From positions 1 to 39,583 of the forward strand of contig JBHJHA010000061.1 of assembly GCA_050331235.1 (NCBI GenBank): a DNA stretch of 39,583 nucleotides. The letters are read 5' to 3'. This document shows positions 30,133 through 39,150 of the stretch, piece by piece. Source of the DNA: Leptolyngbyaceae cyanobacterium (GTDB lineage Bacteria > Cyanobacteriota > Cyanobacteriia > Phormidesmidales > Phormidesmidaceae). The notes below the pieces were generated by a model. The model was given only the letters and a program-made list of their open reading frames with translations, was not told where the DNA came from and made no database searches. Position 1 is the stretch's first letter, and every line of letters starts with the position of its first letter. Both the position numbers and the translations under genes were made by a program.

Positions 30133-31053
30133 TCAAGTCTCTTGATCGGTTTCCAGCCAACCATATTCAATGAGAAAGTCCTGAGCCACGGCTTCCGGTT
30201 CCTGTCCTTCCCCAGTAACTTGATAGTTCAAAGACTGCATGACTTCGTCCGTAATCAGCGGTGACAAATCATTTAGAATCGCTTGTATTTCTGGCTGTCT
30301 GTCTAGCAATTCTTGGCGCACTACAGGGGCCACCTGATAAGGCGGAAATAACTGCAAGTCGTCTTCTAAGACCACCAGATCATAGGCGCTAATTTCGCCG
30401 TCCGTACCAAACGCAACGGCAACATCGGCCTCACCATCAACCAACCCTTGATAGCGAAGTCCAGCGTCAACCGCTTTGTAGCTTTTGAGCTGAAAGTCAC
30501 CATAAGCTGACTTAAGCCCAGGCAAACCATCTTCTCGGACTTCAAACTCAGGGGGACCAATCAGCGTTAAGTTGCTAGCCTGGGCAACGAAGTCCGAAAT
30601 AGTAGTGATATCCAGTTCGCGAGACTGCTCTTGGGTCATCGCCAATGCTTGGGTATTGTTCATTGGCGAAGGTTCGAGCCAAACTAAGTTGAACTGGTCC
30701 TTATACTTCGTCGAAACGGCCTCAAATACTGCTGCGGGATCACTTTCCACTGGCTCTTTCAAAACCGTCAGCAACCCCGTTCCGGTATATTCCGGATAGA
30801 GGTCGATTTCTCCTTTTTCCAACGCGGCCTGAGCAACTGGCGTCCCACCTAGATTGAGTTTTCGTTCTACTGAGTAGCCGGCATCCTCCAGCACCAGAGC
30901 ATAAATCTCACCCAAGATGAGCTGCTCAGTGAAATCTTTAGACCCCACCCGAACATTCTCCCCGCCATCCGGAGCGCTACCACAGGCAACAATGACGAAT
31001 GCGGTGCTTATCAAGAGGGCCAGCGGCGATAGCCAACGACGCAAATAGTTCAT
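30133..31053 (-). CDS. Glycine betaine/choline-type ABC substrate-binding lipoprotein
   Basis: Lipobox IVAC, VGSKDFTEQ, YPEYTGT, NNT-AL, REDGLPGL and FPPY. Confidence 0.92.
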   Translation of the reverse strand: MNYLRRWLSPLALLISTAFVIVACGSAPDGGENVRVGSKDFTEQLILGEIYALVLEDAGYSVERKLNLGGTPVAQAALEKGEIDLYPEYTGTGLLTVLKEPVESDPAAVFEAVSTKYKDQFNLVWLEPSPMNNTQALAMTQEQSRELDITTISDFVAQASNLTLIGPPEFEVREDGLPGLKSAYGDFQLKSYKAVDAGLRYQGLVDGEADVAVAFGTDGEISAYDLVVLEDDLQLFPPYQVAPVVRQELLDRQPEIQAILNDLSPLITDEVMQSLNYQVTGEGQEPEAVAQDFLIEYGWLETDQET

Positions 31054-31126
31054 GAGGCAAGCTTTCAAAACTCAATAAGGGGCAGGGAGTCTACGATATT
31101 GAGCATATTACCTAACTTCTTCAATA

Positions 31127-31160
31127 AGTCTGCTACTAGCTGAGCTAGTGATTGCAGACT
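31127..31160 (-). terminator. Stem-loop downstream of labA (possible terminator or 3' stabiliser)
   Basis: AGTCTGC/GCAGACT encloses ACTAGC/GCTAGT; there is no strong U-tract. Confidence 0.35.
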
Positions 31161-31180
31161 GTCCCTGCATTAGCAGGCTA

Positions 31181-31714
31181 TTAGTGGTAGCTGTCTCGCT
31201 TTTCGATATCGTCGCGAATGGCATTGAGGTCAAGGTAGCGATCAGTGGCATTTCTTAATTCTCGAGCGATCATCCCCTCTGTGGAAACCACAGTGATGTG
31301 AGTGTTTTTTGAGCGGAGCAGCTCGATCGCCCGCTCAAAGTCGCCATCACCGCTAAATAAGACCACGCGATCATATTGCTCAACCGTGTTGAACATATCC
31401 ACTACGATCTCAATATCTAAGTTCGCTTTTTGCGAGTAACGCCCTGAGTTATCGTCGTAATACTCTTTAAGAATCTTAGTTCTCACCGTGTAGCCAAGGC
31501 TAATCAGGGCATCCCGAAATCCACGCTGGTCTTGAGGATCTTTGAGACCGGTATACCAAAACGCATTGACCAGGCTCAGGCCACCATCCTCTGAGGTGAA
31601 GTACTCAAGCACGCGGCGAGGATCAAAAAACCAGCCGTTTTTTTGCTGGGCATAAAACATATTGTTGCCGTCAACAAAAACCGACAGGCGTTGTGTTGCA
31701 ACGGTTAAAGGCAT
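31181..31714 (-). CDS. labA: LabA (NYN/DUF88 domain) protein
   Basis: FVDGNNMFYAQQKNGWFFDPRRVL, KANLDIEIVVDM and FSGDGDF match my recollection of cyanobacterial LabA. Confidence 0.82.
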   Translation of the reverse strand: MPLTVATQRLSVFVDGNNMFYAQQKNGWFFDPRRVLEYFTSEDGGLSLVNAFWYTGLKDPQDQRGFRDALISLGYTVRTKILKEYYDDNSGRYSQKANLDIEIVVDMFNTVEQYDRVVLFSGDGDFERAIELLRSKNTHITVVSTEGMIARELRNATDRYLDLNAIRDDIEKRDSYH

Positions 31715-32165
31715 AACGTCTCAGGAGTTTTGTAGTGAAGTATCTGAACAGGGTTCTAAAACCACGGACAGGTCCTCAAGCAAACAGAGGATGTAAAAGA
31801 TGCATAGTTGCCATCACTTGAAGGCAAACGGTACAGCCGTATGCGGCTGATTATGCCATCAAGTAACTTTTATGCAGGTCTAGCTCACGAAGTGATGGCG
31901 GGATAGGGTTGCACAAGGGCGCTAAACCGCCTCTGAAAATAAGTGGATGACCGGTAAAACTTGCTGCTTCAAGCAAATTTATATAAGCTAAATCACCGTT
32001 TATTTACAACTTCAGATAAGTAGTCAATATAGCTAAACAGACACGAAAGTAACCATATGAAGCCCATTATAGCGAGTCCATAGACAAATATTGGTGTCTA
32101 CCAGGGCATTTATGTATGAAGTGCAGCTGACCGGCAACTGCGTCGAGACATCTGGACAAATCAGC

Positions 32166-32320
32166 AATACCAATTCTCTGCAGCTAGACTCAACATCGCT
32201 CCCATGGCCAGATCTCCCTTAAGGGCCGCTGATATCTGGAAGGAAAGCTGACAGGGCTCTCCAATAAAGGGGCGATGGAGGAATCGGCAACCCACAGCAC
32301 TATTTTGCAGAGTTGGTAAA
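32166..32320. mobile_element. Divergent MITE-like element with terminal inverted repeats
   Basis: Ends TACCAATTCTCTGCA (32168-32182) and TGCAGAGTTGGTA (32306-32318). The left 15 nt equal the reverse complement of the right end of copy 1. Confidence 0.6.
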
Positions 32321-32423
32321 CCGCAGCTCATGAGGTCTTTATCTACCGCCCTAGCCCCAAGAGACGACGTCTTTGCCAGCGGAGTCGTTTTGTTTAGGGA
32401 GCCGGAGCAGCGACTACCGTTTT

Positions 32424-32891
32424 CTAAAGTTTCTTGTGAGTGTAGGCATGCTGACGAACGTTATCTTCGGTATTGACAACGTTTTTGAAGTTCAGCACGC
32501 GCTTTTTCTCGGTCGAGTAGTTCAGGTCCGTGCGTTGTGTACCCGTTGAGAGCAACGCTTGGGCAGCAGGCCGACCGTGATAAGTGCGAGCCGCCGCAAT
32601 AACGCGATCGCTGAAGTTTTCACACAGATGCACTTCATCAATCCCGGTCAACTGGCGGAGGTTAGTCGGTTGCGATTGACTCAACTCGCCAATCGTCGTG
32701 GCCAACACAACCTCATAGGAAGTCGGAATTCCCTGCAGTAACGACTCCAGATAGGCTGAAGGAATTGGTTCTAATACTTTGATGGCTTCCAGCTCGCCAT
32801 CGTTGCGGTGAAAGCATGTGGCTACGCCGGCAACCAAATAATCAGTCGCCGAGAGCTCAGAGGCTTTATCCAGAATTGCGCTGTTGGTCAT
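32424..32891 (-). CDS. Conserved cyanobacterial hypothetical protein
   Basis: G-ATCF...EPIPSAYLE...NYSTEKKRVLN...EDNVRQH-YTH; clean 155-aa ORF with no recognised function. Confidence 0.75.
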   Translation of the reverse strand: MTNSAILDKASELSATDYLVAGVATCFHRNDGELEAIKVLEPIPSAYLESLLQGIPTSYEVVLATTIGELSQSQPTNLRQLTGIDEVHLCENFSDRVIAAARTYHGRPAAQALLSTGTQRTDLNYSTEKKRVLNFKNVVNTEDNVRQHAYTHKKL

Positions 32892-33618
32892 CAGAAGGTC
32901 TCAACCAGTATATTTTTGTCTTTAGTTCCTAATGGAAAATATCTCCAAGGATATGCTCACGGTAACGGTTTTTGATGACCAAGTCGCAGGCTGTTTGCAA
33001 AACAAAAGTTTTGCTTTGTAACAAACCATTTATCTTCCGCTGTGCTGTCAAAGAGTGCTACCAAAACTGATCAGCGACATTGGCTAAGCCTGATTTTGCT
33101 ATCCCTAAACTGATAGTTGCAATCCTCTGACTAACGCATTTTCCTTGGGTGTTTAGACACCCAAGGCACCCATCTCCGGCATGGCACCATCCGCCCACCG
33201 GCTGGGCGCAGAGGAATGGGCCACTACAGCAACTTTACAAAGCTGATCGCACGCTTCAGAGGAATTCACTGAAATTCAGCTGGGCAGATAGATTTTCCTA
33301 GGAGAAGCCCATGGAAAATTGTGAAGCCTACTTAAAGCTTATGGGCTCTCTTCTAAAGGAAAGATGAAACTTGCGAGATTCCACCGAGAAAAGGTAACCG
33401 TTACATTAACAAACCCTTAACATTCTCTCTTCTCTCAGGGTTTATGCGGTTGGTTTCTCCTAAACCAAGTGCAAATATTCCAAAACATAGAACTAAAACC
33501 ATGCAGCTTTCGACCTGAGCGGTTCATTAATAGTCCATCCCGTCCTGTCAACGTAAGGCTGATGAGTTCTAATCAGGTGTTGCATCCCGTGCTCCCTTAG
33601 CCATTGGAGGAAGTGGCT

Positions 33619-34311
33619 ATGTCACAGCGTATCTACCGTGAAGAATTTCCACTGAGCCACAATATGGAGGCCATTGACGCATCCGTTGCAACGCCTCTGC
33701 CCATTCATCAGTATTCTCCTGAGTCTGCTAGATCTGTGCGCCAGCAAGTGCAGTCAGCGGTCAAGTCAGGGAACTATGCAAGCGCGATCGCGCTGTTAAA
33801 TCGATTGGCAATTCGTCATTCAGCCAAGGCCGAAGACTTTAATAATCGCGGCCTAGTGCATTTTTGGAACGGCTGTTATCACAAGGCCATTCGTGACTTT
33901 AATCGAGCTATCTCGCTCAATCCAGAGCTGCCAGCAGCTTATAACAATCGAGCTAGCTATTACGCAGCGCTGGGAGATCATGAAAATGCCTTAGTAGATT
34001 ATGACCAAACGATTGATCTCAATCCTTACCATGTGCGGGCGCGGATTAATCGAGGCATCACGCTCCGCCAGCTTGGGCGATATGGGGAAGCCATCGAAAG
34101 TCTCGATGAGGCTCTCTTATTTCATCAGCTCACAGCGGAAGCTTACGCCGAACGGGGACGGACCTTTCACCTACGAGGGGATTGGAACTGCGCGATCGCA
34201 GATTACCGCCGCGCCTTAAAACGATTGCCGCCTGAGTCCCAAAACACTCACCAGCAAGGCTATCGACATCGGGTTAACGCTTGGATACAAGAGCTGATGC
34301 AGGCCGCTTAG
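33619..34311 (+). CDS. Tetratricopeptide-repeat protein
   Basis: Multiple TPRs (NNRGL...AI-DFN-AI-LNP, AYNNRA, RINRG, AYAERG). A GGAGG RBS precedes ATG 33619. Confidence 0.88.
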   Translation: MSQRIYREEFPLSHNMEAIDASVATPLPIHQYSPESARSVRQQVQSAVKSGNYASAIALLNRLAIRHSAKAEDFNNRGLVHFWNGCYHKAIRDFNRAISLNPELPAAYNNRASYYAALGDHENALVDYDQTIDLNPYHVRARINRGITLRQLGRYGEAIESLDEALLFHQLTAEAYAERGRTFHLRGDWNCAIADYRRALKRLPPESQNTHQQGYRHRVNAWIQELMQAA

Positions 34312-34351
34312 CCACCCTAGCGCCCACTGTAGGGGTCGGCGCTCACCTCAA

Positions 34352-34570
34352 TTAGTCGATGGAGATCTTCTGTGGACCGCCGTTATTGCCGCCTGAGGGA
34401 AAATCATTATCATCGTTCTCAGGTACCACTACATCCTGATTATTGAGCCAGGACTTAACTGGGTCTTCGTTCAGGTCAAGGCGCAACGCACCGGAGACAA
34501 AGCCACCCATAAAAGCGACGGGTTGACGAGCTAATTCCTGAAGAAAAGGGGTGAGTTCTTCCAAAAACAC
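34352..34570 (-). CDS. Small conserved cyanobacterial/plastid-type protein (UPF0426-like)
   Basis: GTG start at 34570 after AGGAGA; F-EEL-P...QPVAFMGGFVSG-LRL-L-EDPVKSWL...GPQ-I-ID. Confidence 0.75.
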   Translation of the reverse strand: MFLEELTPFLQELARQPVAFMGGFVSGALRLDLNEDPVKSWLNNQDVVVPENDDNDFPSGGNNGGPQKISID

Positions 34571-34663
34571 AGATTTCAATCTCCTAGTTGCAGCCACACG
34601 GTTATATCCTACACGGTGAGATAGATGCGCGCGATCGCATTCAGTCAAAAAATATCGCTGAGT

Positions 34664-36136
34664 CTAGGGATGGCGGCCCGCCTCAAGGGCTCGGTTGTAG
34701 ATGCGTTCGTTTGCTTGAACTGATTTTTGCAAGTCTACAAGGGGGTGAGGATAGTCGACCCCTAGCTGTACGCCATAGCGCGTTTGCTCTTCCTGAGACA
34801 GCTTCCATGGCGCATGGATCTTAGCTACAGGGAGCTTCGCGAGTTCGGGCAGCCAGTGTTTTACATAGTCGCCTTGGGGATCGTAGTCTTTTGACTGCTT
34901 AGGGATGTTGAAATACCGGAAACCTCGGGCATCGTTACCGACACCCGCAGTGTAGTTCCAGTTGCCCCAGTTACTGCAGACGTCATAGTCGACCAATAAA
35001 GATTCGAACCACTCGGCCCCCATACGCCAGTCAATGCCTAAATTTTTGGTCAAAAAGCTAGCGACGTTTTGCCGCCCCCGGTTGGACATAAAGCCCGTAG
35101 CGGCGAGTTCTCGCATATTGGCATCGATCAAGGGATAACCCGTTTGTCCTTGCCGCCATGCATCAAACCGAGGCCAATCCTGTTTCCACTCAACGTGGAG
35201 ACCGCGCAATCCGGAGGGGTAAAACACGCGATCGCCATGCTTGAGACAAATCAGTCGAAAATAATCTCGCCACAACAACTCAAAAACTAGCCAGTAGGTA
35301 GAGTCATTTTTGACTCGCTCCGCCTCATAGTCCTGCACGGCTTGGTAAATCCGGCGGGGAGACAAGCAGCCAAAGGCCAGCCAAGCAGAAAACTTGGAAG
35401 AATAGTTCGCCCCCAACATCCCGTTGCGGGTCTGCTTGTACTTTCTCAGGCAGTCTGCATCCCAGATATAGTCCTGCAAACGTGTCAGGCCCGCTGTTTC
35501 TCCACCCTTAAAGGGTAATACCCCCCGCTCGTCGGAACCCGGGGCCTCCTCAATGCCCAATTTATCCAGAGTCGGCAATTCGCCAGGCTGAATGTCTGAG
35601 GGAAGTGCCGGTAAGCGTTTGGGGGCCGCAAAGGGCTCATATACGGAGCTTGCTTTTTCGACCCGCTTGCGAAACTGGGTAAACACTGCGGGAACTTCGG
35701 CCACGGGAAAGGGCAGATCGTCTAGGTGGTAAAGGGTGGCCCCCCAGTAGGTCTGCACCGATTGGCCAGCCGCTTCAAGGCGATCAGCCAGGGCTTTTTC
35801 CACCGCCAGTTCTTCAGTAGTGGCCTCTTCATGCCAGTACACGGCTTGAGCCTGCACCGACCGGGCCAATGCCGGTAAAACGGTCTCCGGTTCACCCCAG
35901 AGAATGACTAAGTCACTACCGCGCTGCTGTAGCGATCGCCGTAGTTCGGCCACACTCTCGAGCAAAAACTGCGCTCTGTACTTACCAGTTTTAGCAAAGC
36001 CAAAGGCCGTTTCACCAAACTGGCGGGGGTCAAAACAGTACACCGGAATTATCTCAGCCCCTGACTTGATCGCCTCTTGCAGCGGCTCATGGTCGTGTAA
36101 GCGCAAGTCATTTCGAAACCAGATCAGGACTTTCAT
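34664..36136 (-). CDS. cry: DASH-family cryptochrome
   Basis: WFRNDLRLHDH, YKQTRNGM-G-NYSSKFS-WL, ELLWRDYF, GFMSNRGRQNVASFL and DYDVCSNWGNW. Confidence 0.94.
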   Translation of the reverse strand: MKVLIWFRNDLRLHDHEPLQEAIKSGAEIIPVYCFDPRQFGETAFGFAKTGKYRAQFLLESVAELRRSLQQRGSDLVILWGEPETVLPALARSVQAQAVYWHEEATTEELAVEKALADRLEAAGQSVQTYWGATLYHLDDLPFPVAEVPAVFTQFRKRVEKASSVYEPFAAPKRLPALPSDIQPGELPTLDKLGIEEAPGSDERGVLPFKGGETAGLTRLQDYIWDADCLRKYKQTRNGMLGANYSSKFSAWLAFGCLSPRRIYQAVQDYEAERVKNDSTYWLVFELLWRDYFRLICLKHGDRVFYPSGLRGLHVEWKQDWPRFDAWRQGQTGYPLIDANMRELAATGFMSNRGRQNVASFLTKNLGIDWRMGAEWFESLLVDYDVCSNWGNWNYTAGVGNDARGFRYFNIPKQSKDYDPQGDYVKHWLPELAKLPVAKIHAPWKLSQEEQTRYGVQLGVDYPHPLVDLQKSVQANERIYNRALEAGRHP

Positions 36137-36403
36137 GAAAAGGGAAAGGAGGAATTGCAAACTTATGTAAACCTAACAAGTTTTGCTGAGGTTTGTCTGG
36201 CAGCTAATTTGCCCGACTGCTAGGGTCTCCCCGCGAAGCGACTGGTCTCGCGATCGTCCGCGTTGCTACATACAAAAAGAAATTGCAGTTAAGGCAGCTC
36301 AGCATTTCTACCTTTTGAAGTATGATCGCCTCGAAAAACCCACCTGACCGGCCTTAGTAATGGCCGCCAAGGTTTGGACCCAGTGCTTGTCAAGGCCCAA
36401 CGG

Positions 36404-38908
36404 ATGAAATTAATACGACGTTTCTTACAAACTTGTCTATCTGCCGCCACATTCACCACCCTTGGTTTAGCAGTGGATGCGATCGCCCGGCCTGCTCAAA
36501 GTGCAGAAGTCATTCGCATCCTGGCCGGTGGTCCCCTCATCTTTGATATCTCCGTCGAGTCCCTAGCAACGTTTGCAGAAACAGGCGAAGTCCCCGACGA
36601 CCTTAAACTCTACTTTCGGTTTTTAGATCCTGGCACCCAAGCACTTTTGCAAGATGGCCTGAGCCGTAAGTTACCGCTAGACGTCGTCACCGTCGATAAT
36701 TTGGCCTATTCCCCCTTAGGTCGAGACGCCCTCTATAACCTCGGCAAGGTTTTGCAGGTCTACCGAGGCATCAACGGCCAAAAAGCCTTGCGGGCAGCGG
36801 TCATTGGAGCGGCGGCCAACGCCGATGAATCGGGATGGACCATCGTCGATGTCCTAGAAGCGTTTCCCACCCCCGCCTTGGAAATAGAGGTAGAAGATCT
36901 GTTGACTTTGAGGCGCGAGCTCTCAGTCTATTTCAGCTATAACGATGCGGTGGTGGCTGCGGTTAAAGCTCAGGCCGCAGCCGAAGCGGCTGCACCGACA
37001 AGCATCAATCTGGCTAGCTTGAGCGACCTGAGCCAGCCCGGTCCCTTTCAATTCCGCAAAACGGTTGTGACAGTGACCAATCCTGCCGTCCGTCAGACCC
37101 AAGAGGGGTTTTCGGTCAATTATGACTTTGATGTCGATGTCTACTTGCCCCAGGGGCTAACGGAGCCGGCACCGGTTGTGATCATTTCCCACGGGTTTGG
37201 CGATGTCAAAGAGAGTTTTGCCTTTTTAGCGGAGCACATCGCCTCCTATGGCTTTGTGGCGATCGTGCCCGACCACGTTGGCAGCGACCTGCAATACCGT
37301 GAGCAATACTTGCAGGGTCGCCTCAACACCTTGCTGAGCCCGATGGAATTTATCAACCGGCCCCAGGAGATTTCTTTCTTGATTGACCAGTTGGAGGAGC
37401 TCGTGGCAGAGTCTCCTGACTGGGCTGCTGTGCTCGACCTAGACAATATTGGCATCACCGGTGACTCCCTAGGCAGCTCAACAGCTTTAGCCCTAGCCGG
37501 CGCTGAGATCAACTACGGACGGCTAGACCAAGCTTGCGATCCGACCAGCGTGCTGCTTAATTTTGCCCTATATCTAGAATGTCGCGCCCAGTATCTACCG
37601 CCTCAAAATTACAATCTCAGCGATCCGCGCATCAAAGCCATTGTGGCAGGACATCCACTGGGAGCAGCGCTCTATGGTCCCGAGGGAATGGGCCAAATCG
37701 ATATTCCTCTGCTGATGGTGTCAGGGTCAGAGGACATTGTGTCGCCAGTGGTGACGGAACAGTTTCACCCGTTTATTTGGTTGCAGACAGCACCCAAATA
37801 TTTGGCCATGCTGGATGTTGGCACACACTTTTCGTCAAAGCCGGGTCGTGATGCAGCGGGTTTCTTTAAACTCATTGCAGGTGAAAACCGAGATGTCGGG
37901 ACGGCTTATTATCAAGCGTTGACTATCGCATTTTGGAACGTGTATTTGCGTGGTCAGGAATCTTACCTACCATATTTGACTGCTCAATATGGTGAATATA
38001 TCAGCGCTGACAAGCCAATGACGCTGGATATTATCACCTCACTGACACCGGAGCAGCTTGAGGCCGCCTACGGTCGGTCTGCTCCCATCCCGATTGTGCC
38101 GGCCCCGATCGCCGCTGCAGTGCCCCCACGCTCACAAAGCATCCTGGAAGAGATTGCGGAGACCCGCGTGCTCAAGGTGGCCTTCCGCAAAGATGCGGCC
38201 CCATTTGGCTTTATCAATTCACAGGATGCTTGGGACGGCTACTGTGGTGACTTAGCGATCGCCCTCAGCAACTACATTTCGACCCAGCTCAAGACTGATG
38301 TTGAGGTCCAAGTTGCCGAGCTCACCTCAACTTTAGACAATCGCTTTACCCTGGTCCAAGAGGGCAGCGTCCATCTAGAGTGTGGTCCCAACACGATTCG
38401 TAATGACGTTGAGGGTATCGTCTTCTCCAATCCGTTCTTCACCACTAGCACCCAGTTTTTAACTCCCACACAGCGCACCGAGCCGATCAATCCCAATACC
38501 CCCTTAGCGGGAGCTCGGCTAGGCGTACTCGGCAATACAACGACCCAAACCTTTGTGGAAGAAACCTATCCCGATGCTGACATCGTGCTGTTTTCGGGAA
38601 TCGAGGGACGCCAAAATGCGATCGCGGCAGCGGCTAATGGTGACATTGATGCCTTTGTCGGAGACGGCATCTTATCCTATGCCGAATTGATCTTGCAGGG
38701 TTTGGCGCCGAGTGCCTTTGACCTCACCCCTGAGGTGCCTTTAACCTGCGAATACTACGGCCTCGCCCTGCCAAATGATGACCCCGAGTGGCGCACCCTG
38801 GTTAATCAATTTTTGGTCAGCGATAGCGAAAATGACATCTCGACCGAGTGGTTTGAAGCGATCTATCCAGAAACCCTGAACAAAGCGGCCTTTTGCCTGA
38901 ACCAATAG
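36404..38908 (+). CDS. Exported DUF1400 + alpha/beta-hydrolase + amino-acid substrate-binding-domain fusion
   Basis: Signal peptide (...PAQSA), DUF1400-like N-terminus, SHGFG, GDSLG, SED and GTHFS. The C-terminal SBP family 3 domain reads R-DAAPFGF...GYC-DL...RF...HLECG...FS-PFF...EYYGLALP. Confidence 0.85.
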   Translation: MKLIRRFLQTCLSAATFTTLGLAVDAIARPAQSAEVIRILAGGPLIFDISVESLATFAETGEVPDDLKLYFRFLDPGTQALLQDGLSRKLPLDVVTVDNLAYSPLGRDALYNLGKVLQVYRGINGQKALRAAVIGAAANADESGWTIVDVLEAFPTPALEIEVEDLLTLRRELSVYFSYNDAVVAAVKAQAAAEAAAPTSINLASLSDLSQPGPFQFRKTVVTVTNPAVRQTQEGFSVNYDFDVDVYLPQGLTEPAPVVIISHGFGDVKESFAFLAEHIASYGFVAIVPDHVGSDLQYREQYLQGRLNTLLSPMEFINRPQEISFLIDQLEELVAESPDWAAVLDLDNIGITGDSLGSSTALALAGAEINYGRLDQACDPTSVLLNFALYLECRAQYLPPQNYNLSDPRIKAIVAGHPLGAALYGPEGMGQIDIPLLMVSGSEDIVSPVVTEQFHPFIWLQTAPKYLAMLDVGTHFSSKPGRDAAGFFKLIAGENRDVGTAYYQALTIAFWNVYLRGQESYLPYLTAQYGEYISADKPMTLDIITSLTPEQLEAAYGRSAPIPIVPAPIAAAVPPRSQSILEEIAETRVLKVAFRKDAAPFGFINSQDAWDGYCGDLAIALSNYISTQLKTDVEVQVAELTSTLDNRFTLVQEGSVHLECGPNTIRNDVEGIVFSNPFFTTSTQFLTPTQRTEPINPNTPLAGARLGVLGNTTTQTFVEETYPDADIVLFSGIEGRQNAIAAAANGDIDAFVGDGILSYAELILQGLAPSAFDLTPEVPLTCEYYGLALPNDDPEWRTLVNQFLVSDSENDISTEWFEAIYPETLNKAAFCLNQ

Positions 38909-39150
38909 AATCGCGGTGAGCATCAAGCCTGGCTAACCTGGGACCGTAGTAGTGGGGGCAAGGCAGCGATCGCGGATAAAAATTAGCCGTCACAACGGTT
39001 TGACTCAGGAAAATTGATTTATCGTAGTGATCGCTATAATTGGCTGCTGACTCGGTCTAATCGGGGCCTAACGTTTATGCGGTTAAGTTTAGGGCTAACC
39101 CAGTTTGGTCGCTGCTAGTCTTGACGGCGCTACCAGTGGGTAAAGTAAGG

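Noticed and set aside
33394..33404. GTAAC-C-GTTAC palindrome, and similar GTA...TAC dyads near 18475 and 24169, as NtcA sites
   Set aside because: The spacing is N5, N10 or N7 rather than the GTA-N8-TAC required.
4588..36136. A unified 'light/clock island' (CBCR kinase, HLR1 site, labA, Cry-DASH)
   Set aside because: The genes are spread over 30 kb among unrelated functions, and such genes are common enough in cyanobacteria for chance co-occurrence.
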